Notes: generated by a model not told the origin, from the letters alone. A stretch of DNA of 64,000 bases from Thioploca sp. (GCA_012032555.1 JAAUSR010000006.1:40780-104779); one strand, 5' to 3'; counted from the first letter of the stretch, positions 10,514 through 19,936 are shown. Numbers and translations: made by a program.

Positions 10514-11077
10514 TTGACTGAGGTTACGGGTGGTGTCCAATTAGGACCTTGGGCAGAAACCCAAATCCTGCTCTTTGATCCACAAGTAGAGGAGAGTCAT
10601 TCACTGATAACTGAAGAAGCACTACCGGATTTAGGTCAAAGTATTGCGCTTACTGCAGAAAATAGCCAGACTGGGCAAAGCCATTTTCGAGGCGGCATTT
10701 TCCTCCACAACGCTTATCATAATCCACTAACTTTATCGACTACTCAAGCCGTCAGAATAAGTGGTCAAATTAACATCGATCCGCTTCATGTGGGTCAAAC
10801 AGCAGATATTGTAATAGTGGCTCGATGGACTTCTTTAGTGGGAGAAGAAAAATACTTCATGCAAAATAGCAATGGTCAAATCCAAAGTTGGGACCTCAAT
10901 TTTGCTCATTTAGTTGCTGCTCAAGAACAAGTCACTTTAAGCGCTATTCAAGCAGTGGATATCTATACCGGTTTACTCAACGTTGGGCAATTCCAAATCT
11001 TTTTTGGATATCGCTTGGCAGATAACACGCTCTTTTTCAATGGAGAACAACCTATTTTAGTTACCAGTTATCAGTGA
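10514..11077 (+). CDS. C-terminal continuation of the giant surface protein, separated from 2703..10502 by a 1-nt frameshift
   Basis: The frame is open from 10490 and reads ILELIHLQLTEVTGGVQLG. This is exactly the missing end of the fifth Calx-beta module that the upstream ORF breaks off at ...NADDLDESLN*. Confidence 0.75.
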   Translation: MTEVTGGVQLGPWAETQILLFDPQVEESHSLITEEALPDLGQSIALTAENSQTGQSHFRGGIFLHNAYHNPLTLSTTQAVRISGQINIDPLHVGQTADIVIVARWTSLVGEEKYFMQNSNGQIQSWDLNFAHLVAAQEQVTLSAIQAVDIYTGLLNVGQFQIFFGYRLADNTLFFNGEQPILVTSYQ

Positions 11078-11122
11078 ACTAAATAGTTCGGACAATTTCT
11101 ATAACTAACTGATTTGATGTAG

Positions 11123-11153
11123 GGTGTGTTAGCGCAGCGTAACACACCTTTTC
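11123..11153 (+). terminator. intrinsic terminator-like hairpin between the convergent giant gene and dctM
   Basis: The 9-bp stem ggtgtgtta / taacacacc has the 8-nt loop gcgcagcg and is followed by ttttc. Confidence 0.55.
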
Positions 11154-11282
11154 ATCATTAAATTCAGTGTATTACGGTGGTTACCGCCAACACCCTCCTA
11201 AAAACAGCTTGAAGTATTGGTGAACCATTATCTATTTAGATCGAGTTCCTTTGAGGGAAGAAGCTAGTGGAATTTAATAGTA

Positions 11283-12605
11283 TCAACGCGAATAGTTGGG
11301 CAACCATAAAGTGATTTGTGGGAAAGTAATTAAGAGTATCAAAGCCAATATCTGTAAGCTTACAAAAGGAACAACGCCTCGGTAAATTATACCCATGTGG
11401 ATTGAGGGTGGCGAAACCGCTTTCAAGTAGAAAAGAGAAAAGCCAAAGGGGGGGGTTAAAAATGAGGTTTGTAAATTAACCGCAATCAGAATGGCAAACC
11501 ATAATAAATTAATTTGGAAATGGTTAGCAATCGGCACTAAAATAGGAACAACTATAAAACAAATTTCCAGAAAATCGAGAACGAAACCCAAAATAAAAAT
11601 AATCAGCATACTAATAAAAAGAAAGCCCCATTTCTCACCGGGAAGGTGGATAAAAATATCATGGACCAACTGATCCCCTTCCAGTCCTCTGAATACCAAA
11701 CTAAAAGTGGTAGCACCAATCAAAATTAAAAATACCATGCTGGTTAGGCGAGTAGTATGGCGCATAGCGTCACGCAACTGTGATAAAGTTAAGCGTTGGT
11801 GTAGTAGCGCTAAAACTAAGGCGCCAATAGCACCAAATGCAGCAGATTCAGTGGGGGTAGCAATACCTAAAAATATCGATCCGAGTACCATAACCATTAG
11901 CGATAGTGCCGGTAATACGCTTTTGAAAACGCGTATAACTAAAGCTAAATTCCAAGTGTGCGCTGGGAGAGCTAAAGCGGGTACCTGGGTCGGATCCCGC
12001 CAAGCGAACCAAGCAATATAAAAAATATAGAGCATAATTAATAACGTTCCGGGCAAAATGGCACTCATAAATAATTGCCCTACCGGAATACCCATGATAT
12101 CACCTAATAAAATCAATATAATACTGGGCGGAATAATTTGTCCCAAAGTACCGGAAGCGGCAATGGTCCCAGTAGCTAAAACTGGAGAATAACCATTTTT
12201 TAACAAAGTGGGTAAAGAGATAATTCCCATTGTGACGACCGTAGCACCGACGACCCCAGTCATCGCCGCTAGTAAAGCACCGACCACAACTATTGATAAA
12301 GCTAATCCCCCTGGTAATGCTCCAAACAACAGTCCCATTGTTTCCAACAAATCTTCAGCTAATCCCGACTTTTCTAAAACAATCCCCATAAACACGAATA
12401 ATGGTACCGCTAACAAAGTAGAATTAGTCATAATTCCCCAAATCCGCAGCGGCAACAAATTAAAAAAAGGCAATCCCAAAAAAACGATTCCAAACAATAA
12501 TCCAATCGCCCCCAAGGTAAAAGCTACGGGATAGCCCAATAATAGGGTCATTATCAGGATAAGAAACATCACCAGCGCCCATACTTCCATACTAACCAAC
12601 TCCAT
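11283..12605 (-). CDS. dctM: TRAP transporter large permease subunit (DctM family)
   Basis: 440-aa polytopic ORF with typical DctM-family sequence, sitting 3 nt downstream of a DctQ-like gene. Confidence 0.85.
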   Translation of the reverse strand: MELVSMEVWALVMFLILIMTLLLGYPVAFTLGAIGLLFGIVFLGLPFFNLLPLRIWGIMTNSTLLAVPLFVFMGIVLEKSGLAEDLLETMGLLFGALPGGLALSIVVVGALLAAMTGVVGATVVTMGIISLPTLLKNGYSPVLATGTIAASGTLGQIIPPSIILILLGDIMGIPVGQLFMSAILPGTLLIMLYIFYIAWFAWRDPTQVPALALPAHTWNLALVIRVFKSVLPALSLMVMVLGSIFLGIATPTESAAFGAIGALVLALLHQRLTLSQLRDAMRHTTRLTSMVFLILIGATTFSLVFRGLEGDQLVHDIFIHLPGEKWGFLFISMLIIFILGFVLDFLEICFIVVPILVPIANHFQINLLWFAILIAVNLQTSFLTPPFGFSLFYLKAVSPPSIHMGIIYRGVVPFVSLQILALILLITFPQITLWLPNYSR

Positions 12606-12608
12606 GTG

Positions 12609-13154
12609 TTATTCCTTATTTTTATCAATCACATATAATAAATTTCTTAATATCTCAGCAATTCCTTGTAACAGTAACAAACTAAAACCAATTGGAATCG
12701 CTGCCTTAAGCAAAAAGCGATAAGGTAACCCACCAGCATCCGGTGAAATTTCTTGATGGATATAGGCATCATGTACAAATAGCCATGAACTACTTATAAC
12801 TAATAAACAAAATGGAATTAAAAACAATAAACCACCCAGTAAATTAACCCAAGCTTGGCGGCGTGCATTCATCCAACGACTTCGGTAAAAAATATCTATC
12901 CTCACATGCTCATCTTGTTTTAATGTATCAGCGGCACCAAACAGAAAAATTAAGGCAAACAAATGCCATTGTAGCTCCTGTAAAGCCACCGAACCAATGT
13001 GAAATAATCCACGCCGACTCACGTCATAAACCACGATGAGTACGATACTCAGTACCAACCAAGCGATTAAATATCCGCTACGTTCACTGATAAAATCAAT
13101 AAAATCAATTATCTTTTTTATTTTTTTAATCATAGTAAGAAGAAGTGATTCCAC
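12609..13154 (-). CDS. dctQ: TRAP transporter small permease subunit (DctQ family)
   Basis: 181 aa with four predicted TM helices, immediately upstream of dctM on the same strand. Confidence 0.75.
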   Translation of the reverse strand: MESLLLTMIKKIKKIIDFIDFISERSGYLIAWLVLSIVLIVVYDVSRRGLFHIGSVALQELQWHLFALIFLFGAADTLKQDEHVRIDIFYRSRWMNARRQAWVNLLGGLLFLIPFCLLVISSSWLFVHDAYIHQEISPDAGGLPYRFLLKAAIPIGFSLLLLQGIAEILRNLLYVIDKNKE

Positions 13155-13711
13155 GAAATGATAATAATGTCATGGTATACCGTTTTGAACCGACTGGGCA
13201 ACTATCAGTCCGTAGTCTCCGGTTCCTCAAACTTGATTTTTAGTTACTATTAACGTAATATCAAAAATGTACAGTTGAATTCATAAACTATTGATTTTAG
13301 TTAGTAGTTATATTGCGTTGAAGCATATTAACTTGTTGAATTAGTTTAATTCGAGGTGAATTTTCTTATTAAAAGTAAGCAAGTGATATATGAGATATGA
13401 CGGCAGTATCTTGGTGCTATTTTCCACGAAAGCGTAGCATTCTAAGTCGTCAGTTGGTAGGTAAACAGCGCAACTTTATGAGTGAGAACTGTTGGGCATG
13501 AGAAGACCACATTACTACTATTGGTTGAGATAAACCGGTAGTCAGCAGTGATATTCATCAGCCCAATATTCAAAAGAGCCTATGATCCAATGAAAATGAT
13601 TTGGTTTCCTAATTTGGAATAAGCCGATTATTTTGGGTCATTCAGCCATCACTCTCAACTGCATAAAGTTGTAGGAAATTATTTTCTTTATTTAATAGAG
13701 AGAAACTTGCT

Positions 13712-16700
13712 GTGATGACCAACCAATCTTTAATAACAAGATCATTTTTTGATCGGTTTTTATTTCTTTTTTGTTTTATCCCTGTTATCAATTGGTTCTG
13801 GTTGCCTAGTGTATTGGCGGCAACTGACTGCACAACTATAACAGATCCATCCCTCAGAGATGAATGCCAAGCGCTGATTGACCTGTACAACAACACCAAT
13901 GGTCCAAATTGGTTTGACCATTCTAGCAATAACTGGAATGTGACAAATACACCGTGTATTGATTGGGCGGGAATAACGTGTGATGGTGGGTATATAATTG
14001 GGATTAGTAGAGAAAAACAAAATCTAAAAGGTTCTATTTCAGATTTAAGTGCTTTGACCTATTTGGAATCTCTTAATCTGAGTGATAACCAGTTGATAGG
14101 TCTTATTCCAGATTTTTTGAGTAGTTTAACATCTTTAGTAAATCTTCAACTCGATCACAACCAACTCACTGGTTCTATTCCAGACTTAAGTGGTTTAGAA
14201 TTCTTAGCAAAGATTCAACTCGATCACAATCAACTCATTGGTCCTATTCCAAATTGTAATCCTTCCGATTGTAGTTTTCCAAGTTTACAAGTCCTCTCTC
14301 TAGGCAATAATCCCCTAGAAAATGGTATAATTCCAGATTGGATAGGAAGTTTAACTAAATTAAACACGCTCGATTTAAGCGATAGTGGACGAACCGGTAC
14401 TATTCCCGATTTAAGTGCTTTAGTCAACTTGCAACATCTTAATCTCAGTAAGAACTTTTTACGTGGTCAGATTGAAATACATAGTAATATGATAAATTTA
14501 ATAAGTCTTCAACTCGATCACAATCAACTCACCGGTGCTATTCCAAATTGTAGTTCTGCAACAAGTAGCCCTCCAAATTGTAATCTTTCAACTTTACAAG
14601 TCCTCTCTCTAGGCAATAATCCCCTAGAAAATGGTATAATTCCAGATTGGATAGGAAGTTTGACTAAATTAACAAGGCTCGATTTAAGCAATAGTGGACG
14701 AACCGGTACTATTCCCAATTTAAGGGATTTGACTGATTTGCAATATCTTGATCTCAGTAATAACCGCTTAAGCGGTCCTATTCAAACTGAAATTCTTAAT
14801 AAATTGACCAAATTAGAAAATCTTCAACTCGATCACAATCAACTTACCGGTGCTATTCCAAATTTTCCAAATTGTAGCCCTACAACACCTCCAAAACCTC
14901 CAAATTGTAATCTTTCAAATTTACAAGTTCTTTATCTAGGCGACAACTTCCTCGAAAGTGGTCCAATTCCAGATTGGATAAAATATTTGAGCAACTTAAG
15001 AACACTTGGTTTAAGCAATAGCCAACGAACTGGTGAGATTCCTAAGTGGATAAACAATTTAACTAATTTAGAATATCTTCAACTCGATCACAATCAACTA
15101 AAGGGTTCTATTCCTGATTTAAGTAAGTTGACCCAGTTGAAATGGCTTTTCTTGAATAATAACCATCTAAACAATAACCCTCCAGAGGCTCCTCCTATTC
15201 CCAATTTAAGTAAATTGACTGCTTTAAAAATTCTCTATTTACAAAGTAATAAACTTTCTGGTCAGATTCCAACTTCATTAAGCAAACTAACTAAACTAGA
15301 GCACTTAAATTTAGGCTATAACGGGTTAATCGCTCAAGATAGGACACTATTAACCTTCTTGAACGAAAAAAACCCGACTTGGGAATGGACTCAAACGGTA
15401 CCGCCTACCGACATCAAAACCAAAATGCTCTCAAGAAACAGTATTGAAATTAGTTGGAAATCGATTTCGTATACCGGTGATGGTGGTTATTATCAAGTCA
15501 AATATGCTACTGCTCCCAATGGCGAATACATCCCCACATCCAGTACCACAGTTAGTAAAAATGCAACTAATTATATAGTCAATGAATTATTACCTGAAAC
15601 GACTTATTATTTTGTAGTAGAAACTTACACCCCGCCGCACGAATTAAATCCAGGTAACGACTTAACGAGTGAACCGAGTCCCCCAGTGTCAGCAAACACA
15701 ATTATTCCATCATTAACACCACTCCCACCCACCATGAATCTAACGATTGCCTTTGGCGGAGATGGTCACGGTCAGGTAACGACTAATCCCAGTGGCTTAG
15801 ATTGTGATAGTCTTGAACAAAAATGTTCTTATTCTTACGAGACAGCTAGTTGGGTTGAATTAATTGCTACACCAGCAGCTGGTTCGGCGTTTACCGGTTG
15901 GGGCGGTTACCAAAGTGATTGTGATAACGGTGAGCTATTTATGAGTGGTTATCGTTATTGTATGGCGTACTTTGAGCGCTTACGTTTTCCCTTGATAGTC
16001 ACTGTAGTCGGTCAAGGTAAAGTCAGCAGTATGCCGATCGGGATTGATTGTGGTACTCGGTGCCGATATCGGTTCGAGATCAATACTCCCATTGCTCTAA
16101 CAACAATAGCCGCTGCCAATTGGCAATTTGAGAAATGGCAAGGTGATTGTAATGCTAATAGCTTGTTGATAATGGATAAAGAGAAACAATGCGAAGCCGT
16201 TTTTATAGCCGTAAGCCCTAACACGATAAGCGCTGATATCAACGGAGTACCACCTACTCCTCCCAGCAGCAACCCCGCTTCAAATTTAACGGTTTCCAAT
16301 AATCAACCGATTTTAACTGATCAATGTTCTAATTCGCTCAACAACCCAGCTAATAACTGCTCAGTAACAGTAGTTCCCCAACCAGTTCTAGCTGAACCAG
16401 AGATTACTGTTCCCGTTCCCCCCACTATTGCGCCAGATCTTCCCGCCGCTATTCCCACTGAGACGGTTAACTCAACAGCTAATGATGAGACAGCAGTGCC
16501 ACAACTCGTAGTGAATCCTGGGGTTTATAATTTTGATAACCTCACCATAGGAAATATTTCCCCAGCCCAAGAGATCACCATAACTAATGCGGGCAATGCG
16601 GATTTACCATTAGGACAACTCACCGTATCAAGTAACGAATTTGTTTTAGCAGAGGCTTGTTCTAATCAAAGACTCAATGCGGGTAATCATTGCGCGGCTA

Positions 16701-17170
16701 TGGTTAGTTTTCAACCACAATTAACCGGAATAAAGACGGCTTATCTGGCTATTCCCATTGATAATCCCATGCAAACTACCGTAACCGTCGTTACTTTAAC
16801 GGGTAAGGGTAATGCCATAAAAGATCAAATCGAAAACACCGGCTATCTTGTTAGCGATAACACTATTGATTTACCGCTGTTAGTTACCTTTACTTCACCA
16901 CTGGTAGCAACAGTAACACCGGCTGGAGTCGAACTTTATTGGGAAATTGCCGAAACTAATCACAATCAAATCGCTGAAATTCATCTTTGGAAAGCTAAAC
17001 CGGTAAAGGGTAATTGTCCTCAAGCTATTCATCAATACGACCTGAAAACAGCTACAGAACTAGCTAATCAACCTCATCTGGATTACCAGGGAACAGATAC
17101 AACTTGTTATGGATTACAAGTAATTGAGTATAATGGTGATGTCACTTGGTATATTACTCAAGCTCAGTAA
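13712..17170 (+). CDS. secreted leucine-rich-repeat protein with a plant-type LRR N-terminal cap, FN3 domain, bacterial repeat domains and a choice-of-anchor-D-like C-terminal region
   Basis: GTG at 13712 is followed directly by ATG at 13715. A hydrophobic leader ends in SVLAA. The cap reads CQALIDLYNNTNGPNWFDHSSNNWNVTNTPCIDWAGITCDG. About 20 units of 24 aa follow the pattern LxxLxxLxLxxNQLTGxIP. An FN3-like block reads PPTDIKTKMLSRNSIEISW...YYFVVETYT. Confidence 0.8.
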   Translation: MMTNQSLITRSFFDRFLFLFCFIPVINWFWLPSVLAATDCTTITDPSLRDECQALIDLYNNTNGPNWFDHSSNNWNVTNTPCIDWAGITCDGGYIIGISREKQNLKGSISDLSALTYLESLNLSDNQLIGLIPDFLSSLTSLVNLQLDHNQLTGSIPDLSGLEFLAKIQLDHNQLIGPIPNCNPSDCSFPSLQVLSLGNNPLENGIIPDWIGSLTKLNTLDLSDSGRTGTIPDLSALVNLQHLNLSKNFLRGQIEIHSNMINLISLQLDHNQLTGAIPNCSSATSSPPNCNLSTLQVLSLGNNPLENGIIPDWIGSLTKLTRLDLSNSGRTGTIPNLRDLTDLQYLDLSNNRLSGPIQTEILNKLTKLENLQLDHNQLTGAIPNFPNCSPTTPPKPPNCNLSNLQVLYLGDNFLESGPIPDWIKYLSNLRTLGLSNSQRTGEIPKWINNLTNLEYLQLDHNQLKGSIPDLSKLTQLKWLFLNNNHLNNNPPEAPPIPNLSKLTALKILYLQSNKLSGQIPTSLSKLTKLEHLNLGYNGLIAQDRTLLTFLNEKNPTWEWTQTVPPTDIKTKMLSRNSIEISWKSISYTGDGGYYQVKYATAPNGEYIPTSSTTVSKNATNYIVNELLPETTYYFVVETYTPPHELNPGNDLTSEPSPPVSANTIIPSLTPLPPTMNLTIAFGGDGHGQVTTNPSGLDCDSLEQKCSYSYETASWVELIATPAAGSAFTGWGGYQSDCDNGELFMSGYRYCMAYFERLRFPLIVTVVGQGKVSSMPIGIDCGTRCRYRFEINTPIALTTIAAANWQFEKWQGDCNANSLLIMDKEKQCEAVFIAVSPNTISADINGVPPTPPSSNPASNLTVSNNQPILTDQCSNSLNNPANNCSVTVVPQPVLAEPEITVPVPPTIAPDLPAAIPTETVNSTANDETAVPQLVVNPGVYNFDNLTIGNISPAQEITITNAGNADLPLGQLTVSSNEFVLAEACSNQRLNAGNHCAAMVSFQPQLTGIKTAYLAIPIDNPMQTTVTVVTLTGKGNAIKDQIENTGYLVSDNTIDLPLLVTFTSPLVATVTPAGVELYWEIAETNHNQIAEIHLWKAKPVKGNCPQAIHQYDLKTATELANQPHLDYQGTDTTCYGLQVIEYNGDVTWYITQAQ
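14284..14724 (+). repeat. recent internal duplication in the LRR gene (copy A 14284-14415, copy B 14593-14724, offset 309 nt)
   Basis: The first 69 nt are identical (tttacaagtcctctctctaggcaataatcccctagaaaatggtataattccagattggataggaagttt) and the rest is about 90% identical. A diverged third copy lies near 14920-15040. Confidence 0.85.
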
Positions 17171-17223
17171 TTTAATACTGAATCTGGTTTGCTTTTCAAT
17201 AAACATTTTTATACTCTAAAAAA

Positions 17224-17254
17224 AGTGGGCAACTGTTTTTCTAGGTTGCCCACT
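17224..17254 (+). terminator. terminator-like hairpin downstream of the LRR gene
   Basis: A perfect 10-bp stem agtgggcaac / gttgcccact with an 11-nt loop lies 54 nt after the stop. The tail attgtcatt is only weakly T-rich. Confidence 0.45.
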
Positions 17255-17359
17255 ATTGTCATTACCGCAAATAATTAGGGTGGGCTAGAGCGCAACGTTG
17301 CCCATTCCACTTGGTTTGGTTACCATTGGTTCCCTGCCGATCCCAAGAGAAGAAATAAT

Positions 17360-18619
17360 ATGCAACGTCGTTACTTACTTAATTTATTGGGTATATTAGG
17401 ATTAAGCAGCCTATCTGCCTGTTCTTACAAATCATTGTTCAAATATTGGCCCGATAATCATCAATTTCTCAATCCTTGTTTAGACAGTCAACTACCCCCG
17501 GAATTAGCTCAACATGAAGTGGTGTTATCCGCACTGGCAGGAGTTGATACTACTCAAGTGTGGGATAGCCATGTTCATTTATTAGGGTTAGGAGATACAC
17601 CCAGTGGTATTTGGATTAATCCGCGCTCACGCCAATGGTTTCGATTGAAGCCCTATACGCAATTCCGTTTCTTTTTAAATGCTTCTTGTCCAGTATCTAA
17701 TCTATCGGTAGATGAAGGCTATATTACTCGGTTGAAACAACTTCGTTGGGGAACCGGTTCACGTTTATTATTGCTGGCCCTTGATTATAGCTATGATGAG
17801 CAGGGTAACCGTTTAGAAGACCAAACCGCTTTTTATGTACCCAATCGCTATGCGGCTCAAATTCATCAACAAAATCCAGAAACTTTTGAATGGCTCGCCT
17901 CGGTTCACCCGTATCGATCCGATTGTGTTGAGGCATTAGAACAAGCTTTTCGGGCGGGTGCTCGCGGCGTGAAATGGTTACCACCGGCAATGGGGATGAA
18001 TCCAGCCTCGCCCCGTTGTGATCGTTTTTATACTACTTTAGTGGCTTGGAATAAACCGTTATTATGTCATTGTGGTGATGAACAGGCGGTGGGTGGCACG
18101 CATACTCAGCATTACGGTAATCCCTTAACATTGAGACGTGCTTTAGATCAAGGGGTAAAAGTAGTTATGGCACACTGTAGCTCACTCGGCAGTAATCCGG
18201 ATATTGATAAGGGCCCACATGGACCGCTGGAAAGCAATTTTACTTTATTTGCCCGATTAATGGATGAAACACGTTATGAGAATTTACTCTTCGCGGATAT
18301 TTCGGCACTCACTCAAACCAATCGAGTCGGCAAAATTCTTGATACCATCATTACACGTCGTGATTGGCATCCACGCTTGCTCTATGGTTCTGATTATCCA
18401 CTTCCCGGTGTCATCCCCGTGACTTCTCTAAAATTACTTGAAGAAAAACAATATATTACTAATGAACAGGCACGCATATTAGCACAAGTACGTCAACATA
18501 ATTCTCTGTTGTTTGATTTTATTCTCCAGCGTCATCTACAAGTGCAAGGCCAACGTTTTAGTCTAGAGATTTTTCGCTCACGCTCATTTTGGACGCATTC
18601 AAGCGTTACAGATACTTAA
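17360..18619 (+). CDS. amidohydrolase-family metal-dependent hydrolase (TIM barrel), probable lipoprotein
   Basis: Lipobox-like LGLSSLSAC, the WDSHVHLLG metal-binding motif and a C-terminal YGSDYPLP motif, as in Amidohydro_2-type enzymes. Confidence 0.6.
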   Translation: MQRRYLLNLLGILGLSSLSACSYKSLFKYWPDNHQFLNPCLDSQLPPELAQHEVVLSALAGVDTTQVWDSHVHLLGLGDTPSGIWINPRSRQWFRLKPYTQFRFFLNASCPVSNLSVDEGYITRLKQLRWGTGSRLLLLALDYSYDEQGNRLEDQTAFYVPNRYAAQIHQQNPETFEWLASVHPYRSDCVEALEQAFRAGARGVKWLPPAMGMNPASPRCDRFYTTLVAWNKPLLCHCGDEQAVGGTHTQHYGNPLTLRRALDQGVKVVMAHCSSLGSNPDIDKGPHGPLESNFTLFARLMDETRYENLLFADISALTQTNRVGKILDTIITRRDWHPRLLYGSDYPLPGVIPVTSLKLLEEKQYITNEQARILAQVRQHNSLLFDFILQRHLQVQGQRFSLEIFRSRSFWTHSSVTDT

Positions 18620-18703
18620 CTTAATCGGCTAAAATGATATGATTCGATAAAAATTTATCTCATTGACCTGGATATAACTTATAATCATTTAAAAGAATAA
18701 ATA

Positions 18704-19861
18704 ATGAGTGAGGAAAAATTAAAGTCCAGTATGAGCCAATTTTTGTGGATTGAGAGTACCACCCCTAACACCCTCAAGACCGATACGGAAAATATTTTTG
18801 GCAAACTCATTAACCGTTCGGCCATCCCTGATAATCAGTTACAAATACAACATATTCTTCGAGAATATGGTATTTTTGTGGCATTTACTTTTTTAGAAAG
18901 TTTGGAATTTATTTACGATCCATATCAACTTTCTCAAATCGATTATGTCATTTTAGATCTAGAAATTCCGCTGCATTTGGTTTCGGAAAAAAATCCGATC
19001 TTAGTGAAAATATTAAAAAGTTATTATGACTATAAGCCGCAACCAAAAAACCAATTTATTGATAATAATAATTTTATAGCGGCTCAAGAAAAATTGATAC
19101 CGGTAACCGGTTATCAACTATACATCGAACTCGTTCGTGAATTGGATTTTCCCAAGGAACATATTTTATTTTGCACTCATGACATTGCTCAACAAATCGC
19201 AGTTCGACGTATTTTCAAACAGGCTAAAATTGAGTTACCTTTACTATTAGCTAAAACGGATAAATTACAACTCCGTCTCTGGATCCAGAAAAAGAAGGAA
19301 AATAGTTATTCGATCCTAAGACGAGCTATTATTATGGGTTGTCAACATCTTCGCACAAGACTTAAAGCTGAACCTCCAAATGCCATCCATAAGCTATTTA
19401 GAATTGATCATGATTCATCTTTACCACCATTAACGCCTAAAGATCTGGACGACTATTTAACCATTTTACCAACACTTTTGCCACTACGTTGTCCTCCTAA
19501 TCCACAAGTGTTTTATGAATTATTTATTAAGCATCTGGCATTAAAATGGGACAATATTGATACTCATCATCATCAACGCTTAACGACTCAGCCTCATCAT
19601 CAATATAGCTTTAATTGGATTAGAAAATGTGCGAAAAAATGGCTTAATCATACAGCTAGCTTTAAGCAATTTTCAGAACAAGATTTAGGTTTTTTCTTTT
19701 TGATTACGATGCGGGTGATGTTTAAATTGGCAGAAACGACACCAGCTTACGAACAGATGTTATTAAAATTGTTTCAACAGAAAACCCGCTATCCACAACA
19801 TCAAGTTTCTCAGTCCTATCAGTTGCATTCTACCCTGCCGATCTCTTCTGTAGATAATTAA
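18704..19861 (+). CDS. hypothetical protein with a degenerate receiver-like N-terminal half
   Basis: 385-aa ORF. FLWIE ... IDYVILDLEIP ... GYQLYIELV ... ILFCTH follows the beta1/beta3/alpha3/beta4 spacing of a CheY-like receiver, but with a large insertion and no acidic pair. I do not recognise the helical C-terminal half. Confidence 0.4.
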   Translation: MSEEKLKSSMSQFLWIESTTPNTLKTDTENIFGKLINRSAIPDNQLQIQHILREYGIFVAFTFLESLEFIYDPYQLSQIDYVILDLEIPLHLVSEKNPILVKILKSYYDYKPQPKNQFIDNNNFIAAQEKLIPVTGYQLYIELVRELDFPKEHILFCTHDIAQQIAVRRIFKQAKIELPLLLAKTDKLQLRLWIQKKKENSYSILRRAIIMGCQHLRTRLKAEPPNAIHKLFRIDHDSSLPPLTPKDLDDYLTILPTLLPLRCPPNPQVFYELFIKHLALKWDNIDTHHHQRLTTQPHHQYSFNWIRKCAKKWLNHTASFKQFSEQDLGFFFLITMRVMFKLAETTPAYEQMLLKLFQQKTRYPQHQVSQSYQLHSTLPISSVDN

Positions 19862-19936
19862 TTTAACACCGCTTAATATTTACTCTCTCCTAATGATTTA
19901 TTAATCTAAATGAATTATTTAAATTAATTTAATAAG

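Noticed and set aside
14230-14718. The possibility that the duplicated LRR segments are a template/variable repeat pair of a diversity-generating retroelement. The matching antisense ORFs 14230..14427 and 14524..14718 were also considered.
   Set aside because: The differences between the copies are not adenine-specific (both A-to-G and G-to-A changes, plus multi-base changes). No reverse transcriptase gene is present in the window. The antisense ORFs merely mirror the duplication.
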